From NCBI GenBank assembly GCA_965243305.1, contig CBDEUN010000003.1:1669845-1733844 (forward strand): a stretch of DNA of 64,000 nt, given 5' to 3'. The notes beneath the pieces are model-generated. The model saw only the letters and a program-made list of their open reading frames with translations, was not told where the DNA came from and did not search any database. The position numbers and the translations under genes are program-made. Positions 1 to 9,638 of the stretch are shown here, in pieces; position 1 is the stretch's first letter, and each line of letters begins with the position of its first letter. This DNA is from Arenicellales bacterium (GTDB lineage Bacteria; Pseudomonadota; Gammaproteobacteria; Arenicellales; JAJDZL01).

Positions 1-653
1 AGTCGATAACCTCTTCCTAAAACAGAAGCGTCGGCGCCTGCGTATTCATGCGGTCCGACCAATTCTCCAACTTCAATGTCTGAACCGATCACGCGAATTT
101 CGTAGGGCAGAGAGATCTCAGTCTTTGCGAGATTATGTTTTGCTAACTCTAGACGCGTTTCCAGCAATCTAGCCCGCGCGCTGATACCTGATGTGTCTCT
201 TGTCGGGTCCTGCGCTACCGATTCCTCCCTAAGTTTTGCAATCTGCAACAGAGCCTCAGCTTCATCGACGCGCAGCTGGTATTCAGTGGGATCTATTTTG
301 ACGAATACTTCGTTGGCTGCGATCGTTCCTCCGTTTCTGAATTTCTCTGAAACCCAGGATATTCTGCCTTGTGCTTCGGTTCTTACCGTTATGCGTTCAT
401 TAAGCGTGACATTTCCAGTTTTGTTGATCTGCAAAGTGATTTGTTCCGTTTGAAGCTGTTCAACAACACTTACGATGGGCGAGTGAACAACTTTATTCTC
501 GTCAACAGCAAAACTATCACGTTCGATACGAGCAGGCGCCCTCGCAAGAACCAGTGCAACAATAACGATGCCAATGATAAGGGCAAATTGGAGGTATCCC
601 AAGACACGTTTTCCATTGCTTGGGTTTTGGGGACTACTTTCTTGCTGAGCCAT
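1..653 (-). CDS. Efflux transporter periplasmic adaptor (HlyD / membrane-fusion family), N-terminal part; gene runs off the window start
   Basis: Absent from the ORF track because there is no stop in the window. Own translation from ATG (651-653, minus): MAQQESSPQNPSNGKRVLGYLQFALIIGIVIVALVLA..., one N-terminal TM helix, then VFVKIDPTEYQLRVDEAEALLQIAKL, a lipoyl/coiled-coil pattern typical of MFP adaptors. Confidence 0.7.
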   Translation of the reverse strand, partial: MAQQESSPQNPSNGKRVLGYLQFALIIGIVIVALVLARAPARIERDSFAVDENKVVHSPIVSVVEQLQTEQITLQINKTGNVTLNERITVRTEAQGRISWVSEKFRNGGTIAANEVFVKIDPTEYQLRVDEAEALLQIAKLREESVAQDPTRDTSGISARARLLETRLELAKHNLAKTEISLPYEIRVIGSDIEVGELVGPHEYAGADASVLGRGYR

Positions 654-831
654 GGATACAACCAATAATGAATACTACGATGGAATTGGTATGAGAATTT
701 TACAACAGCATACATTCATAAATTTCAACTACCGTTAATTTGAAGTGAATTTTTTTGAGGAATTTCATGAGTCGAGTGGATACAAAAATTCGTTTCGAAT
801 ATCACTGTCACTAATGCAATGGTTTAATTTT

Positions 832-2079
832 GGGAATAATCGTTAATAGTTGACAAAACCAACTTTTTGAAATATACTTTCCAACGTAGAAAAATCAGGT
901 GGGAAGTATATTTCATGCACAAGAGCAGAAAAGACCGAAAGCGTGTCAGCCTTTACGAGTTTCTGGAACAGTTTGCGACGGAGTCCGATGCGATGGAATA
1001 CATCGAATCGCTGCGCTGGAAAGACGGGCGCATCTGTCCGCGGTGCGAATCGACAAAGACCCGTCAGGCCAGTCATAAGACCATGCCCTACTGGTGCAGA
1101 CCGTGCCGCAAATATTTCAGCGTCAAGACCGGAACACTCATGGAAGGCAGCAACATCACGTATCGGAAATGGCTGATGGGCATTTATCTGCTGTCGACGT
1201 CACTGAAAGGGGTTTCGAGTTACAAGCTGGCCAACGACATCGGCATGCATCAGTCGAATGCCTGGTTCATGGCCCACCGGATCAGAACGGCCTGGGCGAA
1301 CAATGCATCACAGCTGTTTGGCTGTCAGGTGGAAGTGGACGAGACTTATCTGGGTGGCCGGGAGAAGAACAAACATAAGGATAAGAAGCTCAACGCTGGG
1401 CGAGGGGTGGTCGGCAAAACTGCGGTGGTTGGCATCAAGGAACGCACCAGCAGGCAGATCAAGTCATTCAGGGTGGCCGATACCAAGGCCATCACGCTGC
1501 ACCAGATTGTCTGTGACAGCGTTTCAGAAGGCTCAACGGTCTATACGGATGATGCGAGCGCCTATGAAGGACTTCAGCAGCATGGCTACAGGCATGAGAC
1601 AGTCAGACATTCGGTTGGTGAATATGTCAGGGGTCAGGCGCATACCAATGGCGCCGAATCGTTCTGGTCATGTCTGAAGCGCGGCTACTACGGCGTGTAT
1701 CACAAAATGAGTCCCAAGCACCTGCAGAAGTATGTGGACGAGTTCAGCGCCCGGCAGAATGTTCGTGAACTGGATACCATGGTCCAGATCGACACCACCA
1801 TCTGCGGACTGTTCGGCAAACGGTTGAAGTACGTCGAGCTGATCGACGGAATGGATGGCCGCATTCACTGACCGGCATTCAATCGTGTCAAAGCAGTCTC
1901 GAAAACCGGCTCCGCCAGGCGATGTTCCGCCCATGACCGACTTCGAAATTGACGATGTCGTATCCATTCTGATGGGTGTGAAGCCGAAATCCATGCAGAA
2001 CCCGGACCGACAGAAATCTTCCAAAAAATCGAAAAAATCGGATTGATTTTACACTTGTCAACTATAAACGATTATTCCC
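832..2079 (+). mobile_element. IS1595-family insertion sequence, copy A (1248 bp)
   Basis: About 25-bp terminal inverted repeats GGGAATAATCGTT(A/T)ATAGTTGACAA at both ends. Perfect 8-bp direct repeat TTAATTTT at 824-831 and 2080-2087. A copy with identical terminal sequences and identical ORF translations lies in opposite orientation at 48760-50007. Confidence 0.9.
915..1871 (+). CDS. IS1595-family (ISXO2-like) DDE transposase
   Basis: N-terminal zinc ribbon (CPRCES...CRPCRKYF) followed by an ISXO2-like DDE region (VEVDETYLGG, TDDASAY). ATG at 915 has AGGTGGGA upstream; the track ORF starts at a TTG at 867. Confidence 0.88.
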   Translation: MHKSRKDRKRVSLYEFLEQFATESDAMEYIESLRWKDGRICPRCESTKTRQASHKTMPYWCRPCRKYFSVKTGTLMEGSNITYRKWLMGIYLLSTSLKGVSSYKLANDIGMHQSNAWFMAHRIRTAWANNASQLFGCQVEVDETYLGGREKNKHKDKKLNAGRGVVGKTAVVGIKERTSRQIKSFRVADTKAITLHQIVCDSVSEGSTVYTDDASAYEGLQQHGYRHETVRHSVGEYVRGQAHTNGAESFWSCLKRGYYGVYHKMSPKHLQKYVDEFSARQNVRELDTMVQIDTTICGLFGKRLKYVELIDGMDGRIH

Positions 2080-2165
2080 TTAATTTTACTTGTAATTATG
2101 ACAAATCGACCACACTCATTGATTGTTCAATTTGGTTACAATGTGACCCTGTCTCCTGAAGCTTT

Positions 2166-2256
2166 GGAGAGGTACCGAAGTGGACATAACGGCGCGGACT
2201 CGAAATCCGTTGGGGGCGCAAGTCCCACGTGGGTTCGAATCCCACCCTCTCCGCCA
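2166..2256 (+). tRNA. tRNA-Ser (anticodon CGA), 91 nt including encoded CCA
   Basis: Acceptor stem GGAGAGG/CCTCTCC, anticodon loop CT-CGA-AA, long variable arm (TGGGGGCGCAAGTCCCACG), T-arm GGGTTCGAATCCC, 3' GCCA. Confidence 0.9.
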
Positions 2257-2392
2257 TCCGGCCATTTCAAAAAACAATTGAAATAACATCATCCATCAAA
2301 TTGCTAAAGTTTATTGACTCAACTGTCGATTTGTGTAAACACCGTATGTTCGGATCTACCAGCTTAGATTTCTTCAATTTGTCTAGTGAACT

Positions 2393-3439
2393 ATGAACAG
2401 TGAATCCAACCAAGCAGAGTTTCATTCCATCCAATTTTCGGGGAGAGCCGCTGAGTATTTTGGAATATGGATTGTCAATGTCTTGTTGTCACTTGCAACT
2501 CTTGGAATTTACAGTGCCTGGGCCAAGGTTCGGCGTGTAACTTACTTCAATAACAACACGAGGATTGCCGAGTATAGTCTGGGATATCACGCAACCGGCA
2601 AACAGTTGCTGATTGGGCGGATCATCTCGTTTGTCATATTGTTAATTTGGGCTGTATCAAGCAGCATACCAATTGTGGCGATCCCACTTCTGATCGTCAT
2701 GCTTTTCCTCACGCCTTGGCTATTGAACAATTCCATGCGATTTTCTAGGAGAATGACATCGTATCGTAATGTCCGTTTCAACTGGCAAGGGACCTACTGG
2801 AAATCATTTTGGTTTCTCGTTATTGCTCCATTTCTTGGAGTTCTGACACTGGGATTACTTACACCTTTATTTTCAAAACACTACTACAAATACTCTGCCA
2901 CCCAGCACACCTATGGGACAACCCGGTTCAATGCAGAACCGACTACCGGCAGTTTCTATTGGGCTTTCCTGATCGGTGGAATCCTCCCGACTGTGGTTAT
3001 CACAGTTGTGTACAGTGGAATTTCCATGTTGTTTCTGCGCGCTGCCCAACTGCCAGAATCCGAAGTGATGGCATCATCCATTACGGGATTAATATTCGTA
3101 GTGCCTGCCGCTATTGTGTTTTCAATGGCGTTTATCTACCGAGTTCTATGCAGAAATCTCATGGTCAGGAGTTTGGTGCTGTCAGATGTCGTTGAATTTA
3201 ATTCGGAAATCAATCCCATCAGATTTGTTTGGATCAGCTTGACGAATCTAGTTGCAGTCGTTTTCTCTCTTGGACTGCTCCTTCCCTGGGCACAGGTAAG
3301 GAAATATCGGTATTTGTCGAACTGTACAAAGTACAGAGTTCTAAGGGATATGGATCAGTTTATTGATGATGAAGTTTCAATTAAGTCTGCATTTGGTGAA
3401 GAGTTTGCAGAATTTGAAGGAATTGAGGTCGCCATATAG
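2393..3439 (+). CDS. YjgN-family (DUF898) inner-membrane protein
   Basis: N-terminus FSGRAAEYFGIWIVNVLLSLATLGIYSAWAKVRR and repeated TM segments are characteristic of DUF898/YjgN. Confidence 0.75.
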   Translation: MNSESNQAEFHSIQFSGRAAEYFGIWIVNVLLSLATLGIYSAWAKVRRVTYFNNNTRIAEYSLGYHATGKQLLIGRIISFVILLIWAVSSSIPIVAIPLLIVMLFLTPWLLNNSMRFSRRMTSYRNVRFNWQGTYWKSFWFLVIAPFLGVLTLGLLTPLFSKHYYKYSATQHTYGTTRFNAEPTTGSFYWAFLIGGILPTVVITVVYSGISMLFLRAAQLPESEVMASSITGLIFVVPAAIVFSMAFIYRVLCRNLMVRSLVLSDVVEFNSEINPIRFVWISLTNLVAVVFSLGLLLPWAQVRKYRYLSNCTKYRVLRDMDQFIDDEVSIKSAFGEEFAEFEGIEVAI

Positions 3440-4465
3440 ATGATCCATACCGGAGAGTACTTCGAAAGGCTGTCGTCAAAGTCTTTAGAGGCGGAGATCC
3501 ATCTGACAGGTAAAACAGCACAAGTCAAGATCGGTAGCGATGTTCTCAAAGAGAATATGGCGATCAAGAGTATTCAAAACAAACAAAACATTCACTTCGA
3601 AGACGGATCACTTTTTATTCTGAGCGGTCAGCTGGAAGCAGAAGAATTCACCCAGGCATCAAGCAGGTTTGAAAATGTCATCTCATGGTTGGAGCACTTC
3701 ACTTTCAAAAGAGCTGTTATTCTTGCATCCATTTTGATTGTTGCCGCTATAGGCTATCGTATACTCCTTTCCTCATTCGTCCCGATTGCAGTTTCCTTCA
3801 TTCCGGATTCCTGGGAAAGGAAGATGGGCGAGAGCGCCTACGAAAGCATGCTTGCTGTCGCTCTTGATCCTTCGGAGCTATCTAACGGTCAAATTGAGAG
3901 ATTAAAAATAAAAGCCGATGAACTGTTGGAAGTCAGTGAACTGGCAGACTCAGTCGAAATAAACTTCCACAAATCTAAGCTATTCGGAGCAAATGCACTG
4001 GCATTTCCCGGTGGTCCCATAGTGGTCACTGATGACCTGGTGAAACTGCTTAACGATGATCTGGAGGTACTCTCAGTGATTGCGCATGAGATTGCCCATA
4101 TCAAAGAGCGGCATTCCTTACACCAAATTGTAGAAGTACTTGGATTGACGGTATTTGCTTCAATTTTGTTTGGTGCTAGCGAAACTCTGATTGAAGAGGG
4201 GTCGGCTATAGCGATTGAACTATGGGCATTTGATCTCAGCAGAGACATGGAAAAAGAAGCAGACTTGTTAGGTGTCGAGATTTTGCTGGATAGCGGTATC
4301 GATCCGGTCCATTTTTCTAATGCACTGACGAAGTTAACACTACATTATTGCAAACAAACATCCGCCAGCCAGGTTATGGAGTGCGTTGAAAATGAAGGTA
4401 GTAGTTGGTTTTCCACTCACCCTACTGGTGCGGACCGTCTCAAATACTTAAATCCCTCCAATTGA
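3440..4465 (+). CDS. M48-family zinc metallopeptidase
   Basis: HEIAHIKERH (HExxH) motif with downstream E/D ligand region and TM segment. ATG directly abuts the upstream stop (TAGATG). Confidence 0.8.
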   Translation: MIHTGEYFERLSSKSLEAEIHLTGKTAQVKIGSDVLKENMAIKSIQNKQNIHFEDGSLFILSGQLEAEEFTQASSRFENVISWLEHFTFKRAVILASILIVAAIGYRILLSSFVPIAVSFIPDSWERKMGESAYESMLAVALDPSELSNGQIERLKIKADELLEVSELADSVEINFHKSKLFGANALAFPGGPIVVTDDLVKLLNDDLEVLSVIAHEIAHIKERHSLHQIVEVLGLTVFASILFGASETLIEEGSAIAIELWAFDLSRDMEKEADLLGVEILLDSGIDPVHFSNALTKLTLHYCKQTSASQVMECVENEGSSWFSTHPTGADRLKYLNPSN

Positions 4466-4716
4466 TGAACTCACAAAATCTGTGCTGACTTCTTGCGTGA
4501 AGGTATCAGGACATTACCCGCGCCAAAATAAGCACCTCGACAATCTCAACTGCGTGAGAATCATGTCCTTGACTATGCAACGCTGGTTGGCACCGACTCA
4601 TTGAATTTGGATGTGGTTTGGTTGCGCATCCACTCAGATTCCATTATGGGGATTGAGCCAAACAAATCATTGAATTTAAATGACAACTTGAGAGGACATA
4701 AAAAAATGCTAGTATA

Positions 4717-4763
4717 ATAATCCTTGAAAAACATAATATAGAATATGTAATTTCAAGGATTAT
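4717..4763. promoter_or_regulatory. 13-bp perfect inverted repeat (ATAATCCTTGAAA / TTTCAAGGATTAT) upstream of the DUF4143 ATPase gene
   Basis: Arms at 4717-4729 and 4751-4763 with a 21-nt spacer. TATAAT at 4713-4718 overlaps the left arm; the right arm ends 3 nt before the ATG at 4767. Confidence 0.4.
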
Positions 4764-4766
4764 TTA

Positions 4767-5948
4767 ATGAAAGGCCCAGTCCCACGACATCTTGCAATGA
4801 CTGAAATCGCTCAGTCTTTTAGAGCGCATCCAGTGGTTGCTGTAGTCGGACCCCGTCAGTGTGGTAAAACCACTTTGGCGAAAATTTTCACGCAGACCGA
4901 CTCCGAGACTACTTATTTTGACTTGGAAAGTTACATCGATCGCCGTCGGCTCGAAAGCCCAATCAGCACTCTTTTGGAACTCTCAGGTACCGTCGTAATT
5001 GATGAAGTACAACGAGTTCCGGAACTGTTCGAAACGCTACGTGTTGTTGTTGACAGTGACAAATGCAGGTCTCGGTTTCTTTTGCTTTGCAGCGTATCTC
5101 CGTCCTTAATTAAGGGAGTTTCTGAGACGCTCGCGGGACGGATTGGCATCGTTCAGCTGGGTGGATTTACGATTGATGAAATTCCAAAAATGCCTTGGAG
5201 AAGTTTGTGGAACAGAGGCGGTTTTCCAAGAAGTATTCTGGCAGAAGATGAAACGGTATCCGTCAACTGGCGAAGGAACTTTGTAACGACCTTTCTGGAG
5301 CGCGACATACCCCAGTATGGCGTATCCATACCGTCTGAGACACTGCGTCGATTTTGGACAATGATTGCCCATTACCACGGTCAAATTTGGAATGGAGCGG
5401 AGTTTGCGCGCGCACTCGGTGTAAATGAACCTGCTGCTAGAAGGTACCTGGATATTTTAAGTTCCTCATTCATGGTTAGAGTCTTGGTTCCCTGGTATGA
5501 AAACTTAAAGAAACGCCAGCTGAAATCTCCCAAAATTTATATTCGTGATGCGGGAATTCTTCACAGCCTGCTAGAACTCGATTCGTTTGATGACCTGTCT
5601 GGCCACGTTAAGATCGGTGCCTCATTTGAGGGGTTTGCGATTGAAAACTTAATACATCAATTGCAGTTGAAAAGTTGCTATTTTTGGGGAACTCATGCTG
5701 GAGCTGAGCTTGACTTGATGACAACCATTAGAGGTAAACGATATGGTTTTGAAATCAAATACAGTGATGCTCCAAGGACCACTCGCTCTATGCGGACTGC
5801 TATTTCCGATCTGCAGTTGCAACATTTGTGGATTGTGTATCCAGGTGCTGAGTACTACAGGCTGGATGATGCGATATCTGTAGTTTCGATTGAAAAGATC
5901 GACAATTTGGTCAACCAAATAAAGCTTACCGATTCATCGACAGTTTAA
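4767..5948 (+). CDS. AAA-family ATPase with DUF4143 C-terminal domain
   Basis: Walker A GPRQCGKTT, Walker B VVIDEVQ, then DUF4143-like region (FWTMIAHYHGQIWN...). Confidence 0.8.
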   Translation: MKGPVPRHLAMTEIAQSFRAHPVVAVVGPRQCGKTTLAKIFTQTDSETTYFDLESYIDRRRLESPISTLLELSGTVVIDEVQRVPELFETLRVVVDSDKCRSRFLLLCSVSPSLIKGVSETLAGRIGIVQLGGFTIDEIPKMPWRSLWNRGGFPRSILAEDETVSVNWRRNFVTTFLERDIPQYGVSIPSETLRRFWTMIAHYHGQIWNGAEFARALGVNEPAARRYLDILSSSFMVRVLVPWYENLKKRQLKSPKIYIRDAGILHSLLELDSFDDLSGHVKIGASFEGFAIENLIHQLQLKSCYFWGTHAGAELDLMTTIRGKRYGFEIKYSDAPRTTRSMRTAISDLQLQHLWIVYPGAEYYRLDDAISVVSIEKIDNLVNQIKLTDSSTV

Positions 5949-6046
5949 TAGTTCAATTTCTGCGACCAACCAGTGAAAAGAAGTAACATATTAGCAAGAC
6001 AGAAAGATATTGAAACCTGACAACTTTCACCACATAAATTGACGAA

Positions 6047-8104
6047 ATGGATTCAATCAGCACTGAACAACACACAGAACATCTACCCAGCGTTTGTCCA
6101 CTCGACTGTCCAGATACCTGCAGTCTGACCGCCGTCGTTAGCAACGATCAACTGGTTGCAGTCCGTGGATCTCGGGCCAATCCCTATTCCAATGGTTCAA
6201 TCTGTACCAAGGTGTCTCGCAGCTACCCGGAGATGGTGCACGGTGAACGTCGGCTTACACAACCACTCAAGCGAGTCGGCCAGCGTGGTGCTGGGGAATT
6301 TGCACCTGTTTCATGGGACGAAGCTTTGGACCTCGTTTATGAAGGGTTCACAAAGGCAATTGATCGTTATGGTCCACAATCAGTTCTGCCATTCAACTAC
6401 GCCGGGCCACACGGTGAACTCGCTGGCGGTTCAATGGATCGTCGGTTTTTCTACAGGCTTGGTGCGACTCTCCTGGACCGAGGACCTTTGTGCGGAGCGG
6501 TACGTGGTACAGCGTATGCCAGTCTGTTCGGCGCAGTACCTGGCATGCCACCGGAACAGGCTGTTCATTCAGATCTAATCGTGATTTGGGGAAACAATGT
6601 AACTGTATCGAATCTGCATTTCGCAAACGTTGCCAAGACCGCACGTGAGAAAGGCGCCAAGGTCGTTTGTATAGATCCCAAACGAATTCGAATTGCTGAG
6701 CAAAGTCATCTGCACTTGCAGATTCAGCCTGGCACGGATGTTGTTCTGGCAATGGCAGTCGCCGCTGAACTGGAACGACGCGGGGCAATTGATATTTCAT
6801 TTGTCGAGAAGTGGGCTCAAGGTTTTGACGAATACATGACGCAGGCCCGTCAGTACAGTGTTGCAGATGTTGAATCAATCTGCGGTCTGACTGAATCTGA
6901 GTTTAATCAATTTGTTCAATATTACGTGAATGCCCAAACCGTTGCAGTTTCGATTGGCAATGGAATTGAGCGCGGACACAGTGGTGGTTCGGGACTGCGT
7001 GCAGCCATGGCTCTTCAGGTGCTCACGGGTAATCATGGAAGACTGGGAGCAGGGGTCATTGCCAAGCCGGGTTGGGTTGTACCCAAAACTGCGGATCGTT
7101 TGCAGCGACCGGATCTAATTCCAGAAGGTACCCGTACCTTCAATATTGTTGATATTCCAGAACTCCTGTTGGATGATCAACTGGACCCGCCAATCAAGGC
7201 TATGCTGATTTATAACCACAATCCGGTTGCAACTCATCCTGACCAGATCAAGATGATTGAAGCGCTACAGCGTGAAGATTTGTTCATTGCCGGCAGCGAT
7301 ATTGTGATGACCGACAGCATGAAGTTTGCTGATGTGATTCTGCCTGCTGCGAGTCACTTCGAATACGACGATGTTTACGGTGCTTACGGTCAGAATTATG
7401 TTCAGCGTGCAGCGCCTGCCATTTCCTGTGTTGGAGAATCACTGCCCAATACTGAAATATTTCGTCGCTTGGCTTCAAGGTTTGGATTTGAAGAGGCGAT
7501 GTTTCGAGCCTCGGACAAAGAACTGATGGATGATGCCATCGATGGAACCGATGTTCGTCTTAAGGGTTACATGCCAAGTGAAATTCCGCTAGATGAGGCA
7601 ATTGAATTCAATTCTCTCAACGGCGAGGCCAATATTCTTTGTAAAAACGTTGTGCCCACCACACCATCCGGGAAAATTGAACTCTACTCACAGAATCTGG
7701 AAGATCAGTACGGATTTGGGGTGCCGCGCTATCGCCACGTCGAGAAGGACCTACCGCTAACCCTGATATCCCCTTCTTCTTCAAAGAGAACCAATGCAAC
7801 ATTTGGTGGTTGTGCCGAGTCGCAGCAGTATGAAGTACTGGAAATGAATCCGGTTGATGCCGCTGACCGCGGTCTGGAATCGGGTGACCTGGTGACCGTC
7901 TGGAATCAGCGCGGCAAGGTTTCTCTGGAACTTCTCGTCACTGATGCAACCCGCCCGGGCGTCCTTTACTCATCCAAAGGAACCTGGCTCAATACGAGCG
8001 ATACGGGACTGACGGTGAATTCGCTGATACCCGCTGATATCCGAGCAGACATTGAACGAGGCGCCTGCTACAACGAGACTTTCGTTGATGTTTCAGTCCG
8101 TTGA
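6047..8104 (+). CDS. Molybdopterin-dependent oxidoreductase (MopB superfamily) with N-terminal 4Fe-4S cysteine cluster
   Basis: CPLDCPDTCS...C motif at the N-terminus, 685 aa, typical molybdopterin and C-terminal MopB_CT beta-barrel layout. Confidence 0.8.
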   Translation: MDSISTEQHTEHLPSVCPLDCPDTCSLTAVVSNDQLVAVRGSRANPYSNGSICTKVSRSYPEMVHGERRLTQPLKRVGQRGAGEFAPVSWDEALDLVYEGFTKAIDRYGPQSVLPFNYAGPHGELAGGSMDRRFFYRLGATLLDRGPLCGAVRGTAYASLFGAVPGMPPEQAVHSDLIVIWGNNVTVSNLHFANVAKTAREKGAKVVCIDPKRIRIAEQSHLHLQIQPGTDVVLAMAVAAELERRGAIDISFVEKWAQGFDEYMTQARQYSVADVESICGLTESEFNQFVQYYVNAQTVAVSIGNGIERGHSGGSGLRAAMALQVLTGNHGRLGAGVIAKPGWVVPKTADRLQRPDLIPEGTRTFNIVDIPELLLDDQLDPPIKAMLIYNHNPVATHPDQIKMIEALQREDLFIAGSDIVMTDSMKFADVILPAASHFEYDDVYGAYGQNYVQRAAPAISCVGESLPNTEIFRRLASRFGFEEAMFRASDKELMDDAIDGTDVRLKGYMPSEIPLDEAIEFNSLNGEANILCKNVVPTTPSGKIELYSQNLEDQYGFGVPRYRHVEKDLPLTLISPSSSKRTNATFGGCAESQQYEVLEMNPVDAADRGLESGDLVTVWNQRGKVSLELLVTDATRPGVLYSSKGTWLNTSDTGLTVNSLIPADIRADIERGACYNETFVDVSVR

Positions 8105-8306
8105 GGTGAGTGAAGCAAGGTTATTGGATTTAAATAACTGATCGAATCACTTCAAGAAGGACTTACTCACTGTCCGACTAATCGCTGATCAGCAGGATTC
8201 TGGACAGAAATCTCAATCAGAAATGGTGGGCAAATCGCCTGAAGCGGGGGAAGGCCTCAGGCGATATTTTGAGCAATAGAGAGATGTCTATCGTGCCCGT
8301 TAAAAT

Positions 8307-8591
8307 TTAGTCCGCCCCTCTCGCAACAGCACTTTCAATACTGTTGCCCGGTACATTTAACGCAGTACCCTTAGAGGTGGAATGTTTGGGTTCCCTTCGT
8401 GCGACAACCATGCGCTCATGGAGGAACTTGATGCGCTGACTGCCAGTAGACACAAATAAAAATGGGGCAACTGCGTGAATCGCGCAGGCGATGGCACCAA
8501 TCAACATCTGCCCTGCGAAAGACAGCGCAAAGCGCATATGCTGAAAGTATGTTTCATCTACATCATCGAGATGCTGTGTCAAAAACTTCAT
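8307..8591 (-). CDS. Small hypothetical membrane protein (resembles DUF6356 family from memory)
   Basis: MKFLTQHLDDVDETYFQHMRFALSFAGQMLIGAIACAIHAVAPFLF. Start chosen at internal ATG 8591; the family assignment is recalled, not checked. Confidence 0.45.
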   Translation of the reverse strand: MKFLTQHLDDVDETYFQHMRFALSFAGQMLIGAIACAIHAVAPFLFVSTGSQRIKFLHERMVVARREPKHSTSKGTALNVPGNSIESAVARGAD

Positions 8592-8963
8592 CACTACACC
8601 TCGGTTAAATTCTGTGGCATTAGAGTGAAAGTAATAGCAAACAAGTGTGTTAATGGGAACTAAATATACTACATTTATTCCTAAATGTAATAACACATTC
8701 TAAATATTGTAAATTAATTGAAAACATCATGCCATAAATCTCTGTTAAGTGAAATACGATTTAATTGGACAATTTTGGGCAAAACATCGGTAATACTGCT
8801 TCCATCAAGCGGTTCGAAACGAAAGAAAAAGTCCCTGAATTAGAGTCAGGCGCTGCAGGGATGCAATCGAATAGATTGCGGTGAAGATGTTTCGGACGCC
8901 TCTGGAATTACCAAAGCAGAACCGAGGGGTTGCGGAAGGAGTTTTCTGTCGGCCGATCAGCCG

Positions 8964-9638
8964 TTAAATGACTTCGTCAGTGCGGTGAGTAGTCTCCCCA
9001 TATCTTCGAAGTGCGGGCTGCTTCAATCCGGCATACAGCCCTTCAATGTTCTGGTCGATTTCACGCTTTGACTGTTCGAACAGACTGTTGCCGCGAAGGT
9101 CTGATTCAACCAGAAACGGTCCAAAATTTTCCACTTCCAATATCCAGATGGCTTGGGCGATGCCAAGTTCCTTGAGCCAGAATACCTGCGGGACTTTTTT
9201 GATGCCGCGCCCTAAAAGAGCGCCAGTTCCATAACCGACAGTTGTCAGGTACACGGCGCCATTTGGTACGAAGTACTGCTGATAGTCGGACTGCGGCATG
9301 CCGCCCTTGCCGATCACTACTTTACAGTTCGTCAGTGAAAACCATCGCTCCATCCATTTTGAAAAGCGGAAGCTGGCCGTTGCAGTTACTGCTCCTACCG
9401 TATGAGACCCATCTGACTCGATCGAAGCCGCTGGCGAGCAGTGAAAATTGATGTTTGATATCGTAGAAAAATCAACTGGCGGACTGTTGCCCTCGTCCAA
9501 TATTTTGCGGTAGACCCCTTCGCGACCCGTGTAGATCATGCCGTTGATATAGATAACATCACCAATGTTCAGTTTTTCAAGATCGGTCGGCTCTGCAGGC
9601 CCACGGAGTTCGACAGTGTTGTATCCTGCATTTGTCAT
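8964..9638 (-). CDS. Fe-S type hydro-lyase (class I fumarate hydratase / tartrate dehydratase) beta subunit
   Basis: MTNAGYNTVELRGP...GDVIYINGMIYTGREGVY matches the C-terminal (beta) domain family. Its ATG overlaps the alpha-subunit stop (ATGA, 9635-9638). Confidence 0.8.
   Translation of the reverse strand: MTNAGYNTVELRGPAEPTDLEKLNIGDVIYINGMIYTGREGVYRKILDEGNSPPVDFSTISNINFHCSPAASIESDGSHTVGAVTATASFRFSKWMERWFSLTNCKVVIGKGGMPQSDYQQYFVPNGAVYLTTVGYGTGALLGRGIKKVPQVFWLKELGIAQAIWILEVENFGPFLVESDLRGNSLFEQSKREIDQNIEGLYAGLKQPALRRYGETTHRTDEVI

Noticed and set aside
193-715. ORFs 193-453 (+), 369-668 (+) and 470-715 (-)
   Set aside because: All overlap the much better supported minus-strand HlyD-family gene (1-653) in other frames or on the opposite strand. 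They have no motifs and implausible composition.
1855-2046. 63-aa ORF at the 3' end of IS1595 (also 48793-48984 in copy B)
   Set aside because: It lies inside the IS between the transposase stop and the IR. It is low-complexity and lysine/serine-rich, with no recognisable family. Identity between the copies is uninformative because the whole IS is identical. It could be real but is unsupported.
5949-6046. Checked the leader of the molybdopterin oxidoreductase gene for a Moco riboswitch
   Set aside because: The leader is only about 100 nt and lacks the conserved Moco-motif stems and sequence blocks that I can recall.
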